Source of the DNA: Mobula hypostoma
Lineage: Eukaryota
Assembly (NCBI RefSeq): GCF_963921235.1
Contig: NC_086108.1
Coordinates: forward strand, 66,466,001 to 66,530,000
Length of the DNA: 64,000 nt
Direction: 5' to 3'
Shown piece by piece: positions 48,855-62,032 of the stretch. Numbering within the stretch: position 1 is the stretch's first letter; the number at the start of each line of letters is the position of its first letter. Made by a program: the position numbers and the translations under genes. A model generated the notes under the pieces. The model was given only the letters and a program-made list of their open reading frames with translations. It ran no database searches and had not been told where the DNA came from.

Positions 48855-49953
48855 CATCAAAGTTGCTGGTGAACGCAGCAGGCCAGGCAACATCTATAGG
48901 AAGAGGTACAGTCGACGTTTCGGGCCGAGACGCTTTGTCAGGACTAACTGAAAGAAGAGCTAGTAAGAGATTTGAAAGTGGGAGGGGGAGGGGAGATCCG
49001 AAATGATAGGAGAAGACAGGAGGGGGAGGAATGGAGCCAAGAGCTGGACAGGTGATTGGCAAAAGGGATGTGAGAGGATCATGGGACAGGAGGCCCAGGG
49101 AGAAAGAAAAGGGGGAGAGGGGGAAAATCCCAGAGGATGGGCAAGGGGTATAGTGAGAAGGACAGAGGGAGAAAAAGGAGAAAGAGAGAAAGAATGTGTG
49201 TATATGAATAAATAACGGATGGGGTACGAGGGGGAGGTGGGGCATTAGCGGAGGTTTGAGAAGTCAATGTTCATGCCATCAGGTTGGAGGCTACCCAGAT
49301 GGAATATAAGGTGTTGTTCCTCCAACCTGAGTGTGGTTTCATCTTTACAGTAGAAGAGGCCGTGGATAGACATATCAGAATGGGAATGGGACGTGGAATT
49401 AAAATGTGTGGCCACTGGGAGATCCTGCTTTCTCTGGCGGACAGAGCGTAGGTATTCAGAGAAATGATCTCCCAGTCTGCATCGGGTCTCACCAATATCT
49501 AGAAGGCCACATCGGGAGCTCCGGACGCAGTATATCACCCCAGCTGACTCACAGGTGAAGTGTCGCCTCACCTGGAAGGACTGTCTGGGGCCCTGAATGG
49601 TGGTAAGGGAGGAAGTGTAAGGGCATGTGTAGCACTTGTTCCACTTACAAGGATAAGTGCCAGGAGGGAGATCAGTGGGGAGGGATGGGGGGGACGAATG
49701 GACAAGGAAGTCACGTAGGGAGCGATCCCTGCGGAAAGCAGAGAAGGGGGGGAGGGAAAGATGTGCTTAGTGGTGGGATCCCGTTGGAAGTGGTGGAAGT
49801 TACGGAGAATAATATGTTGGACCCGGAGGCTGGTGGGGTGGTAGGTGAGGACAAGGGGAACCCTATTCCTAGTGGGGTGGCGGGAGGATGGAGTGAGAGC
49901 AGATATGCGTGAAATGGGGGAGATACATTTGAGCGCAGAATTGATGGTCTTCG
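48855..49953 (-). mobile_element. 5'-truncated Penelope-like element with GIY-YIG endonuclease remnant
   Basis: ORF 49245..49571 FTCESAGVIYCVRSSRCGLLDIGETRCRLGDHFSEY; AAGAAACTA duplicated at 48846-48854 and 49954-49962. Confidence 0.92.
48910..48945 (-). ncRNA. Minimal type I hammerhead-like motif (decayed) in the Penelope end
   Basis: AGTC-CTGACAA-A-GCG-TCTCGG-CCC-GAAAC-GTC-GACT; core G8 and one helix II pair are mutated. Confidence 0.6.
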
Positions 49954-50634
49954 AAGAAACTATGTCTGTGCTGCATAACTCAATGGTATTCTATTACGTG
50001 ATGAGACATGAAAAAGAAATCGCGAAAAGGGAGAATTGGACATAATGCAGAAAGGGTGGAAGGTGACAAAAGGAAAAAACCTTCCTGAGCTTATTCAGTT
50101 TTGTCAAATGTGGGTACTGGCAGCTGACACGTGTACAGTAAGTTTACGTGAACACTAAATAAGAGCAAATTGTGCGAAATTTTTAATGCAGCCAAAAATT
50201 CCTTCTTTTCTTTAATCAGTGATTTGGTGAAAGAAAATGTAAGAATTCCAATTCCTATTAAATGGATAAAGAAGTCAGAGGTGAGCTGAAGCAATGATGA
50301 GTCAATCACTTTTGACCCAGAATCTGATTCAAGCTCATTCCAGAGAATTGTACAAATAGTCTCTGTGAGTATTTCTGTGTATCACCAAGAGAGGATCATG
50401 TTTTCAAAGGTGCTATAATTTGGAATATACAGTAAATATTGGCCTCAGCTATGTTCACAGATTCTGCAGCAAATATGAGGAGCAATGGGGGAGTTCTCTT
50501 TAGATTTGGAAAATAAATTCTCACTCATCGAAAATATAAACTGAATGACCTGGTGATTTGTTTCCTTGATATTTGTGACAGCATCTTATAGACAATTAGG
50601 CAATTGATTAAAATATTGTCTGCAATAAAAAAAT

Positions 50635-51010
50635 GGGTGGCGGGCTGGAGATAAGTCTCTACCAAAGGAGGTTTAAGGAGCTCCTTCCCTCCACTAGCCT
50701 GTAGATCACCGTTGGGCAGTACCTGCTTAGTAACCCAATCAGGGTCACGTGAAGCCATGGGAACAGGTGGCGAATGGTCGTATGAGCAGCTGGTGCATCT
50801 CACAAGCCCTGGTTATGCAACCACTGATGCCAAGCAGACAATCTCTGAAGAGTATTTATAAAGGCTGGGATCACCTGTCTTGCAGATACACTGTCCAGAA
50901 AAAGATACCGGCAAACCACTTCTGTAGAATAATTTCCCAGAAACAATTATGGCCATGGAGACTATGATCACTCACATCATTTGACCTGGCACACACAATA
51001 ATGATTATGA
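50635..51010 (+). mobile_element. Non-autonomous RTE-related short retroposon
   Basis: GGCAAACCACTTCTGTAG motif resembles Bov-A/BovB-type sequence; ATGAT tail; 12-bp flanking repeat CAATAAA(A/G)AAAT. Confidence 0.65.
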
Positions 51011-54000
51011 CAATAAAGAAATTGATTAGACTTCCAAAAGACTTCAGTGATTGAAAAGTACAACAGCATTCTCAGAGGTTCATAAAAGCCAGAATATGAA
51101 TTCATTGCTCTTCCTCCTATTTTGGCTGTCAGCTCCTTTTGCAATTTTCACTGTTAGGAGAGCTGAGCATATGAATGGTCACTAGTCTTAGTCCATTGAG
51201 GAATCAAAGAGGTTAACCTAGCAGAAAACCTTTAGTTTTGCATTTTAATTTAGTTTTTATGTGACACCTACACTCCTTCTTGCCTGACAGAAATCTTTTG
51301 TTTTGCAACTCTTCAAAATGACCTCTACCCACCCAGCAACCGCGTCAAAGTGTTGGTTATTTTCTTACATACCAAACCATAAAGGTGCAAACAGAAGTCA
51401 TTTCATAACTGCAGCTTGTTAAGGTTGCTGTCTTAAAAGTTTGAACCTAACCTTTGGACTTGACACATGGGTGCACTTTTTGGCAATACATTGATTTTTA
51501 ATCCCCTCTGACTGGACATAAAAATTGTTCCCATTCATTCTTGGCTACTTTTAAAAACTAAAAATATAAAAAAAGTTTTGACAATTACAGTATATAACCA
51601 CTGTTTTCTTCTTTTCTATCACGTAACAGAAAAACGTGCACACTGTTTTTTGAAAATGCACTAAAAACAAACCTCATCTAAAGAAAGACTTTAAAAATTT
51701 CCTTCTAAGTTTCCATTGATATTTTAGAAGAAGAGCTGCTAGCAGCAAAAAAATAGCTATTGACTTACTACATTGTCAAATAATACATGGCATAGATTTA
51801 AACTGTACAGGCTATCTTTAGCAAGAAGTCAAAACTTTGGGCTGAAATATTAACTCAAGGCACAGCTTTGGGAAGTAAATAAGGCCTATAAGTCAAAGCT
51901 TTAATAAAATGTTTATCTTTTCTTTTAAAAGCTATTAGAATCCCACAGGCACCATTGTTTCTGATGGGACCTTCTCAAGCTTACGACTCTGAAAAATAAT
52001 CTCCCAGACTCTCCAGTTATTCTTTTCATGATAGTGTTAAAGTAACTTATTCAAATAATACGCCAAACCATGTGGAAATAATTCTTTTCTTTATATATTC
52101 TATGAAACCCTTCATACCATTTGCTATAAGTTTTGACCTATGTTGGCTCATAGCCCAACAACTATCTCAAAGCCTTCCACAGGTCCATAATGTACCTTTA
52201 CCTCTCTCAGACTTACTCTGCTTCAACAGTCTTCTGAGACCTCAGTACTGTGTAGTTTGTTTTCATGTGAATCCATAATTTGCAACACTACTCCGTTACT
52301 GTCTATGTCTCCAGCTACATCTTATGCACAGGAATTCTTAGTCTGTTTCCCACTCCTCTTTTGATGTTGATGTTTCCCTTTGATCAAGCTTTTGGTTACC
52401 TTACCTATAATCACCATATGAAGTACGGTGTCAAATTAAATTTGCAACACTCTTGTCATTTGGGACAATTTGCTGCTTTAAAGATTGCATATAAATGCAC
52501 ATTGTGTTGTTTAATGTTGCAGTTCATTTCCCCAAAATGTAGTAATTTAAATCATCAAAATCAGAAAATGTTCAGGATTTGCAGCAGTTCAGGTAGCATC
52601 TGTGGAGAGAGAAACAAAGTGTATAATTTACATCAGGACAGGAATACCCTACATATTTCATTAACCGTTTGATTAATTAATGCACTTTATTAACATGTTT
52701 GGGTACATGTGTTTTGAATAGTAATTGAAGAGCTAAAGGACCCCTCAGACTACTTGTCTGTATCTTTAAGGTCATTATCAGCGCCTTGAGATCAATGGGA
52801 TAACGGGAACCACTGTGTTTCATTTAGCAAGAATTGGTTGGGTTGTGCTTCAGGCACCCAGAGAATTGCAATTAAATTTAAACACTTCAGATTTGTTCTC
52901 TGTTGCTTATAGTGCCTGAGTAGAATGCCACGTAATATGTTGGTGCATGTTATGAATACCATACGCCACCTGTGCAGGAAGAAATGTTTTGCAAAAGGAT
53001 TAATGCAGACACCAGGTATGAAATAGTTCTAGAAGGAATTAAAGCTGAAATGAAATTGGATAGACAGTAAACAGAAGGGTGGAAAAAAATCAATGGAAAG
53101 TGATCCAGTGATTCCTTGATGACAGAGAGGCAAGCTAGATAATTTATTAAAAACATCACCCAGTGATTACCAATGATGTCACAGAGCATATCAGGAATAT
53201 GGACAAAAGAAAATCTGAAACATCTTAAAAATTATTACATCTGATCCGTTTATAAACAACCACCAAAATCTAAGCAGCAACTTAGGTACAGACAGGTAAT
53301 TATCATTTTGGTTAATCAAGCTATCCCTTCAATAGTCCCATTTATCATAGAGCCTTCATTCCAAAGGCATATCTATCTATTGATGCTTATTAATAACAAG
53401 TGCGTGTGTGGAATTGTTTTAATTTTGTTGAAATTCACTTCCGTTATATCTTTTTTTTCTCAACTGCAAGAAACCATGTAATATTCACCTAACTTGAAGT
53501 AATAACTAATGTTGCTCCAAACAGATGGGAATCTTTGCGTGTGGGCTTTCCTATATAGGCTACATGAAAATTGATATATTTTTAAACACGTGCTAAATAT
53601 TACCATATTTACATTTTCCTGTTTTCATTTTGAGCTCCAAATGTCCCTGTCTATGTTAGACACCATTTGAAACCCAAAACCACGTCATGCCTATTTATTT
53701 TTATTATCCCGTGTTTACAGTGAAAGTGGCACATCTGGATTAGATAATTTGTTATTAATTAAGAAGGGTTCGATGGTTATCATGTTTTGTGTGATTAAAT
53801 CATCTTAGATGTATAATTTTCGTAGGAAAATTTGCAGTCGAACAGTTAACAGAAAATCTACGAGGACCTCTCCCCCCGTATCTTTTCAACTCTGCCTATG
53901 TACATTGTATGGGATCACAATTCCCTGCTTGAGATTTTCAATGGTTATATCAAATGGATCAGACGAGGAAAAAAATGTATCTCAGTAATCGATTTGAGGA

Positions 54001-54334
54001 GCGGGCGCACTCATTACTTCAAACAGCGTCGACTTAAAACGGACATTTTACAGGTCTTTCAAAATCTTTGGGAAGGTAACTATAATATTGTAGAGGAGGA
54101 CTCCTTCCGAGTAATATGCACCTGTGATTTATCTTGTCATCCAGCTGCTCTTAATTAAATGCATTTAAATTTAGACTCGCTGAGAATCAGGGTTGAAATG
54201 CGACCATTTTTTTTTTGGCTGAATTGCGAAAATAACTAATTTAGTTTTTAATATAATGCTCAATATGGACGTTGCAAATCACCTCTTGAGCCCATTTTTC
54301 ATTGAGATGGCATCTTATCCACATCCTAAAGCTT

Positions 54335-54745
54335 AAAGTTCAAAGTCAATTTGTGATCAAAGCATATATATGTCACCAGGTACAACCCTAAGATTCGTTT
54401 TCTTGCAGGCATACTCAGTAAATCCAAGAAGCGCTGTAGAATCTATGAAAGACCGCACCCAACAGAACGGACAAACAGCCAAAGTGCTAAACATAACAAG
54501 CTGTGCAAATACAAAGTAATAATAATAATAGTAATAATAAATAAGCAATGAATATCGAAAACATGAGATGAAGAGTCATTGAAAGTGAGTCTATAGGATG
54601 CAGGAACGGTGCAGTGATGGAGCAAGTGAAACTGAGTCAGACTCTCAGGTTGAGAGTCCGATGGTTGAGGGGTAATAACTGTTCTTAATGGTGTGGGTCC
54701 TAAGACTCCTGTACTTTCTTCCTGATGGAAACTGCGAGAAGAGAA
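54335..54745 (-). mobile_element. Rex1/Babar 3' end
   Basis: Homologous to 40330-40770. Confidence 0.8.
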
Positions 54746-57700
54746 ACTCCTAACTCCATTCAACTGTTTTAGTTTGATATCCTTTGCCAACAAAAACCTT
54801 TAAATTCAGATTTAAGATTAGTGAGACCCTTTGTGATGGTGGTGTGGGGGAGGGGCTCCGTGATACCATCGAAGAAGCATTAACCAACTTTTCTCCTGAA
54901 ATGAACTGACATGCTCCATTTTGAAATATGTAAACACATATTTACTTCAAATGGTTTAGGTTTCGAACTGCACACGAGAGGAATTAGATCCACTGCATTA
55001 TTTTCAAACTACTGCGACGTTTTCAATTTTGTGACGTTATTTCTTTCTGTTTTACTGGCAACGCTGTTTTGATTATAAGATTCAAAGTAGAAGTATTTAA
55101 ATTGCTTACTAATCAGGTTACTTGGAGGAAAAGAAATGTTTGTTAAACATAATAGAGTTTTTTTTTCCATTGACGAAACATAATCCGCTACCCAGGTTGG
55201 ACAATGATCTTCAATGACGCAGTCGGACATTTCTGCAGTTTTAAAATTTTCCCATTTTTGGATCCACATAAAACCAATAGCCTTCACTTAAGTTCAATGC
55301 TAACCCTTGTGAGTAAGAATGATGTTTTATGAATACAAGGTTTTCCGTGTATTGCCAAGATAATTTGAATACAAAAGATGGCTACCAAGAAAGGTTTAGA
55401 AGATTTGGTTTATTCATAATAAGAGATGTGCCGACTAAGAGGTTCGATAAAGGTAAAAAAAACACGGTTGAATATATTTCTGTTGATATTTTCCATCGGA
55501 CAGTGTGAAGATGACCCGGGTTGTGCGAATAAGTTGAACAATGATAGATCGAAGTGGTTTGGGTATTTTCAGGGCCATTTTCAGGGGAACTTTAGAATTG
55601 CTTTCTCACTGCTGCTTTGGGGTTCATTTTCTGCAACTCTTCAAACGCAATGGTGCCGGCTGCAGTTGAAATTGCAATGTATGGAAAAGTGGACGAAATA
55701 CAAGGTAATGTGAACAGCAAGAATTCTATCCGTTTGATCGGCCTTACGCCATTTTTAAAAAACCGATGGATTGTCCCATACTCTCTCCTCCGTCCCTCCC
55801 CCCCCCCCCACCCCATTGCCTTTAGATTTGAACTGTTTTGTATGTCTCCCTTCATATACGTGGCTGCTGGTCAGTTGAGGGTGACTAAATATGTTTCAAG
55901 TTGTAGAACTTCCGCGTTTGGATCAGAAGGTCTTACCCACCGACATTTGAACTGAATTCTCATTACTGATATGAAATAGTATTCATAATTTTTATAGAAG
56001 TTCCAGCTGCAGGTTGAACGTTATAATACCGCAGGTCTCCATCAGTATCATTTGGGATCTGTTAACTAAAACAAGGAGAATAGCATACTTCATACATAAA
56101 AGCGAACAGAAAGTAAAGGCAGTGATACAGGCTACTTTCCGTTTATTACCGTTACCAGTGTAAGATGACGAAGAGGTTAATAACTTTATAAGTTCTCTGG
56201 AAAGTTTGATGTTGTTATAACATAAGGAACTTTACAAATCTTGTTACATTCCTGGTCAGGTAACACGGTATAATTTTCTCGATATAAGTGCATTTGGAAA
56301 TGTTATCAGGATATCCCAGCAGCCACTCTGCGTTTATGGGATCAAATTGTAATTAGGTTAAAGTTTGTAATTTGACAACATGATCAATTGAACGCATTCT
56401 ATTTTTCAAGTGATTGGGAACAACATCATTCTGAGATGAGGCAAGTGTGTTTGAGGCCTCTTGTGATTAAATATCCTTTATTAATAATAAACTATTATTT
56501 TCAAATGGAAAAGTAGATTTATTCCACCGATTCTGATCTTGTGAACTATAATAGTTCTTATTCTATCTATATTTAAATTCGAAATGAACTCTAAATCTAT
56601 TTACTTAACATGACACGGGATTTGACTACTTTTCTTATATCTGTGTTGGGACAAAAAATAACCGTTTGATTTAGCAGTCAATTTCGAACATTTTTTTTCG
56701 GTAAGCAACATGGTCTAATTAATCCTTTTATACACGCTTGGTTGTTCTTTCCTCCCTTTTGCTCACATCTTTTTAAATAAAACTACCCTTGTGGGTGTAT
56801 ATGTGTGTGGTCTTAGGACAACATCAGAAACGGCGTTTTGAATAGGAGGAGTTGATTTTTGGCCAGCCTCTGTAGTGTGTAATTGTGTACTAGTTCAATT
56901 AGAACTTCAGGCCTGGGACCGCACACATTTCTGCTGAAGCTGCCATTGTTAGCTGGCAATTGTGCGCCTCACTCCCGAATGAGTGCACCGACCCCGTGGC
57001 AAAGGGGTCATGCCGCACTGCAGACACAGAGCGCTCCAGTAAACAGCAGGCCACGAGTTCCCAACTAAAACTTGCAAATCGACTCTCCTTATAACCAGAA
57101 AGATTCACCCAGCCAACATATGTTTCATTGAATGGTGGTATAATAAATCAATTTAAAATACATCTTGGGTCAATGAATACTATTTCGATGTAGGCTACCT
57201 CACTTTATTTCATTGACTCTTTTTAAATGCACAGTTTGGCGGTCATGTTCGTCCATGTCCGAACATGATTTAGGAGTAGAAACAGCAACACTGGACTAAA
57301 GAATACGTGCACATGAAGGGAATCTGCACTTGGTTTGCTAAAGTTAACATTGCAATGTACTTCCCTCTGCTCATCATACATATTTCAAACCTTTCCTCGA
57401 TTGGAACGGCCCACCTGGATCTTGTGAAATAAAATCAGCGAGATAAGTCACCTTTCTGAGGGGAACCGAGTCTTGGGGCATATTGCAAGATAATGCTTGT
57501 GACTTATTTAAATTTTGTTAAATTGTATCATTGATTGGGGCGTGTTTTGTTATAATTTTCGGTCACCTTTAATATTCCGACGTGCCCAGCCTGACATATT
57601 GTTGCATCCCATTCCTCCTGAATACAAAAAAAATCCAAATTCAAATGTTGTTATAGCCGAATTTGCGGTATGTCCATTTGTTCCCCCCCCCCACACACAC

Positions 57701-60039
57701 ACTTAAAATCAAGTCATGTGTGGCTCTTTACATCTGAAAATAATTTTACGCCCCTTAACTCTCCCCCCGCCATTAAGTATTCGGTCTCAATAGTATACAC
57801 TCCATCTGTACTTTGTATATATGTCCCTTTGAAAAGAAAACACAGCCTAGAAAACGCCATAAATACTGAGGACCATATTGTGCCTTACCATTTCTTAAGA
57901 ACAAAAAACAGTGCGAGAGAGGGACGCTTCAATGCCAGAAGAAGCATGTTCACTCGAATGCGTTTCCGTCCCCCCTACACAGCCTCCACCACAAACTAAC
58001 ACTCCCCCCCCCACTCGACTTCGTTCAGCTTTTTGCAAGACTCTCCAAGTTGGGCAAACTGAAAAGAAAAACAATAATTAGAGATAATTGCTTGTGTCCA
58101 AACATAAGCATCAAAGCATTTTCGATTCGTTTGTAATGTGCTATGGTGTGTGATCCAAAAGGATGACCCCTATTTTGCTTATTGAGTGGGAGCACATACT
58201 GAGTGACAGATGGAGTGGACCCAAAGCACTCGTCACCGACTCAGACGGGGCACGGATTGTATCGGAGAGAGTCCGCGAATAAAGAATCGGAGAAAGGTAC
58301 AAAACAAGGGTCAGAAGAGGGTGCATAATTACCAGGGGTGGCTGAAGGCAGCATAACAAAGAACGCCACACTCGATTTTAACAAATCGTGCCCGCACTGG
58401 ATTTATTTTCCTGAAAACATATTGAAATGTACACAGTGTACGAATGGAGCTGCTGAAAAAGAAACAGCATTGCATTGTAGCTGGATGTCTGTTGGGATAG
58501 TATAGACGAGTCACTATTAAAAATGAATACGTGTCTATGTGAAAGAGAGAGAGGGAGCTAGAGAACCGGACTTCTGTTCCTTTTACAAACGTGTTTACCA
58601 TTTTACCTAATAAATGTAATTCTCATTTTATTTCGTGAATATTGAATTACATGTTTACTTGTTTAAGTCTATTGAATACTCATTGTAAGACTACATCTCA
58701 GCTGCAGTAGAAGAAAATAGAGGTTTATCTCAACTGCCATCAAATTATAATCTTAAGAACGAGGGGTTTTATTTTAGAGTATTAAAGTTAGTTGGGGGGC
58801 AACTTTGAGTGCAACACCGTAAACTAAATGAAAGAAAGTGGGGAAGAGAACAGCAAACTCGAGAATGCCACCCAGTATCTTCATCAGAAGGAATATTTGG
58901 GTAGTTGAAGTGATTTACTAGTGAATGGACAGACCAGGACAAAGGCTCGAACAACAGGGCTTCTCGTTGGAGTATTTCAAAAGCAGTGGTTCGTGTGATA
59001 AGATAAAGTGCAGTTGTTTTGGACTCGTAGTCCATTACACAGTAATAGGTTTTGAATGACCTAAACGATTTGTTGATCGGGACAATACACCCATTGTCCA
59101 AAATTGCATTTTTATAGAAATGTATGGACAAAAGACCGTGTATCCTAACAAAACTACAAAGGCTGTTTTATTGGGCTAGTGTGTACCATGAGCCCAGCTT
59201 TGAATGGAGCCTACAACCAGGTGAACAATTTTCAAGATCCCATTTATACCTTCGCGAAACCAGCACCATTTCAAAAGATTTTCCAGCCTAGTATGTGAAG
59301 TAGAAACTTAATTGAAGTTCAATAAACAAAATAGCTGGTCCCAGTTGAAGCATGATGCTCTCCCCAAAGCATTAATAACAATCAATTATTAACTTACTGA
59401 TTGTAAAACTTGCACGCTATTTCAATTATTTATGTACAGATGCTTCCCACGGCTTGCGAGGAGATTCTGTCACTCTCGCTTTTCCTTTCATCGGTATGGT
59501 AATATGAAACGAGTGGAGCTCCTGTATTTTACCAAAATAGTTCAACACTAATTATCTGCTGTCACCGAACTATCTGTACTATAGGATGGATCTGTCGGGG
59601 AAGTGTGTGAACGCGTTGTATATAACAGCTGGACGGCAGATCGTACTGCTTGTTTAAGAACTTCCCTTCGTTTTTGTGCCTGGTTGCGTTAATTTCTTCG
59701 GATGTTCAACCACTTCAGATCTGATCTCACTGCTCCTCCAACACGCTAAAGATGGCATTACACTTTTAAAAAGCGAAAAAGACATAAACCGTGTAATCGT
59801 ATCTTTCTCCAGGGAAATAACTTGATTTTTGATCCATTAAATTCTTTGATAAAATTATAACGTTAATGTGATATTGTTTTCGAAAGTAACGACTCTGAAA
59901 CACATACATTTGATTAGCTCTTATAATGTTACGAAAATCAAACTCTGGGTTAACCCTCAGAATGATGTGCTTGGCTAATGTTTATGTTATTGCACAAGAA
60001 AATTATCGTAGTTTAACACACGTACAAATGATGGAAATA

Positions 60040-60720
60040 CGGATGACAGAAAATGGTGGAAATATTCTCCAGATCTAACAGCACTAGTAGAATGTGAAAC
60101 AGTGCTAACATTTTGGGTCGAAGACCCTTCGTCAAAACTGGGAAAGAGTAAAAGCAAGTTGCTATTAATTTGGAGACAGAGTGTGTGGTGGAATTTCAAA
60201 GGAAATGACTGACAGGGTGAATCTGGGATAAGCTGTAAATAAGATCACCTGGTCAGTCGGTTATTAGGGGCAGTGAGAGAGGAGGAGTATGGTCCTTCGC
60301 TGTGGAACACCTGCGTTCATTTGGCAGGGGTGACTCGGAGCTTCTGGTTGCTTGACGCTGTAATTCTCCAAGCCACTCCCACTCCCACCCATCTTTCTAT
60401 GGCCACCTACATTGCTAAAACTTGAGGAACAAAGCGTTATCGTCCATCTGAGCTTCCAGACTCAACATGAAATTCTACATAGATAACTTACTTTCTCTGT
60501 TTGCATTAGAATGGTGCGCATCATCTGTGATACTGGCTCAGTTTTTGTCTCTCCATTAGCACAACCTGGCCTAACTGGTATGTCCTGTATCCTGCATTTC
60601 ACAACTTCAGTGCATAGAAAAGGGAAGCAAAGGGATAGTCGAGACCCTACATCTAGATCGCCTCCGACCTGAACTGTTGATTTCTCATCCCGCTAAGTAG
60701 TTCCAGCATTTCGTCGTTTT
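60040..60720. mobile_element. Degraded Penelope-derived fragments in both orientations
   Basis: Antisense hammerhead-like TTTTGGGTCGAAGACCCTTCGTCAAAACT at about 60111-60139; plus-strand LLVA*RCNSPSHSH...KLEEQSVIVHL remnant. Confidence 0.55.
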
Positions 60721-61404
60721 TGATTCAAACCAAAATCCGAAGATATACAGACGCAACGTCTTCCGAATGCCAGAAATCTGAAGTTAAAAATAGAAAATAA
60801 TGGAATTTTTTTATTAGTTAGGGCAGTATCCAAAGAATGGGACGGAGAGTAGATATTCCACACTAGTGTCCTTGCACAAAGCCTAAGCAAAGTTAGACAC
60901 TTTATACCGAAATCTGCAGATTAAAAAGCGTGGATGGGTGGTAGGTAAATACAAGAATGAAGCTCAGCGCGACGGTTGAACGCGGGAGAGATTAGATGAT
61001 AAATTGAATGAAAGTCCAAGAGTACGATGATGGTGGTGTGGGGGTGTGGGGGCGAATGAAGTAAAAAGAATCGGGCAACAGCAGATGTGAACGAAAGAAG
61101 GGAACCATCTAAAATTGCAAATGCAAACTATGGTGGATGCTGGAAATTAGAAATAAACCCCGCAGAGCTTCATGGTTCCGAACGACTTAAGCCTTGTGAG
61201 AATTGTGGCCAGCGCTTGGACAAGTTATCCTCCATAGGCGCTATCCTTCCCGTTAAGTTTCATAAACATTTCCTCTTTACGTCTGCTTTTCATTCACAGT
61301 CAATAGACTGCATCCTCGTCGAATTGAATGGTTCAATGGTTCCGTTTAATATCAGAGAATGTATACAGTACACAACCTGAAATACTTACAATACGGTCAT
61401 TTAC

Positions 61405-61559
61405 AGATACAATAGAGTCTTTTAAGAGACTCTTCGATAGGTACATGGAGCTTAGAAAAATAGAGGGCTATGCGGCTGGGAAATTCTAGGCAATTTCTAG
61501 AGTAGGTTACATGGTCGGCACAACCAAGGGCCTATAATGTGCTGTAGATTTCTATGTTC
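61405..61559 (+). mobile_element. Short CR1 3' end inside an antisense LINE tail (about 61325-61760)
   Basis: Matches 29535-29695 (GATAGGTACATGGAGCTTAGAAAAATAGAGGG). Confidence 0.8.
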
Positions 61560-61802
61560 ACCAAGAATGAATGACAGAAAAATGTTAGAGCCCCGAATCC
61601 ACCCCCCACCCTTTTTCATGCGTAAGCGGCAGCAAATCATCAACCCTCTCCTCCCCCCCCCCCCACCGCATTTGTTCTAGCAGGAAGCGTCAACGCCACC
61701 ACCCACCAAGCAAGGAATAGCAAGTGCCACTTCCCCCACCGGAGAGAGACTATGATCTACACTCCAACAAAAACTATTGTTCACCCGACAATTCGACACG
61801 CC

Positions 61803-62032
61803 CAATCACAAACAAGAGATATCTGCAGATGCTGGAAATCCGAGCAACACACACAAAATGCTGAAGGAACTCAGCAGGCCAGGCAACATCTATGGACAAG
61901 AGTGCAGTCGACGTTTCGGACCGAAACCCGCAGAGAGTCCTGCCGAAGGGTTTCGGCCCGAAACGTCGTCTGTACATCTTTCCTAGATACTGCCTGGCCT
62001 CCTGAGTTCCTCCAGCATTTTGTAGCTGTAAA
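61803..62032. mobile_element. Palindromic Penelope-derived element retaining the hammerhead-like centre
   Basis: Arms about 61852-61929 and 61948-62023; TCGACACGCC direct repeat at 61793-61802 and 62033-62042. Confidence 0.85.
61936..61971 (+). ncRNA. Minimal hammerhead-like motif with CUGCCGA core variant
   Basis: AGTC-CTGCCGA-A-GGG-TTTCGG-CCC-GAAAC-GTC-GTCT. Confidence 0.6.

Larger units (their letters stand above)
48575..49985 (+). mobile_element. HE1-like SINE interrupted by a Penelope element
   Basis: SINE body at 48575-48854; tail TGTCTGTGCTGCATAACTC resumes after 49962. Confidence 0.65.
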
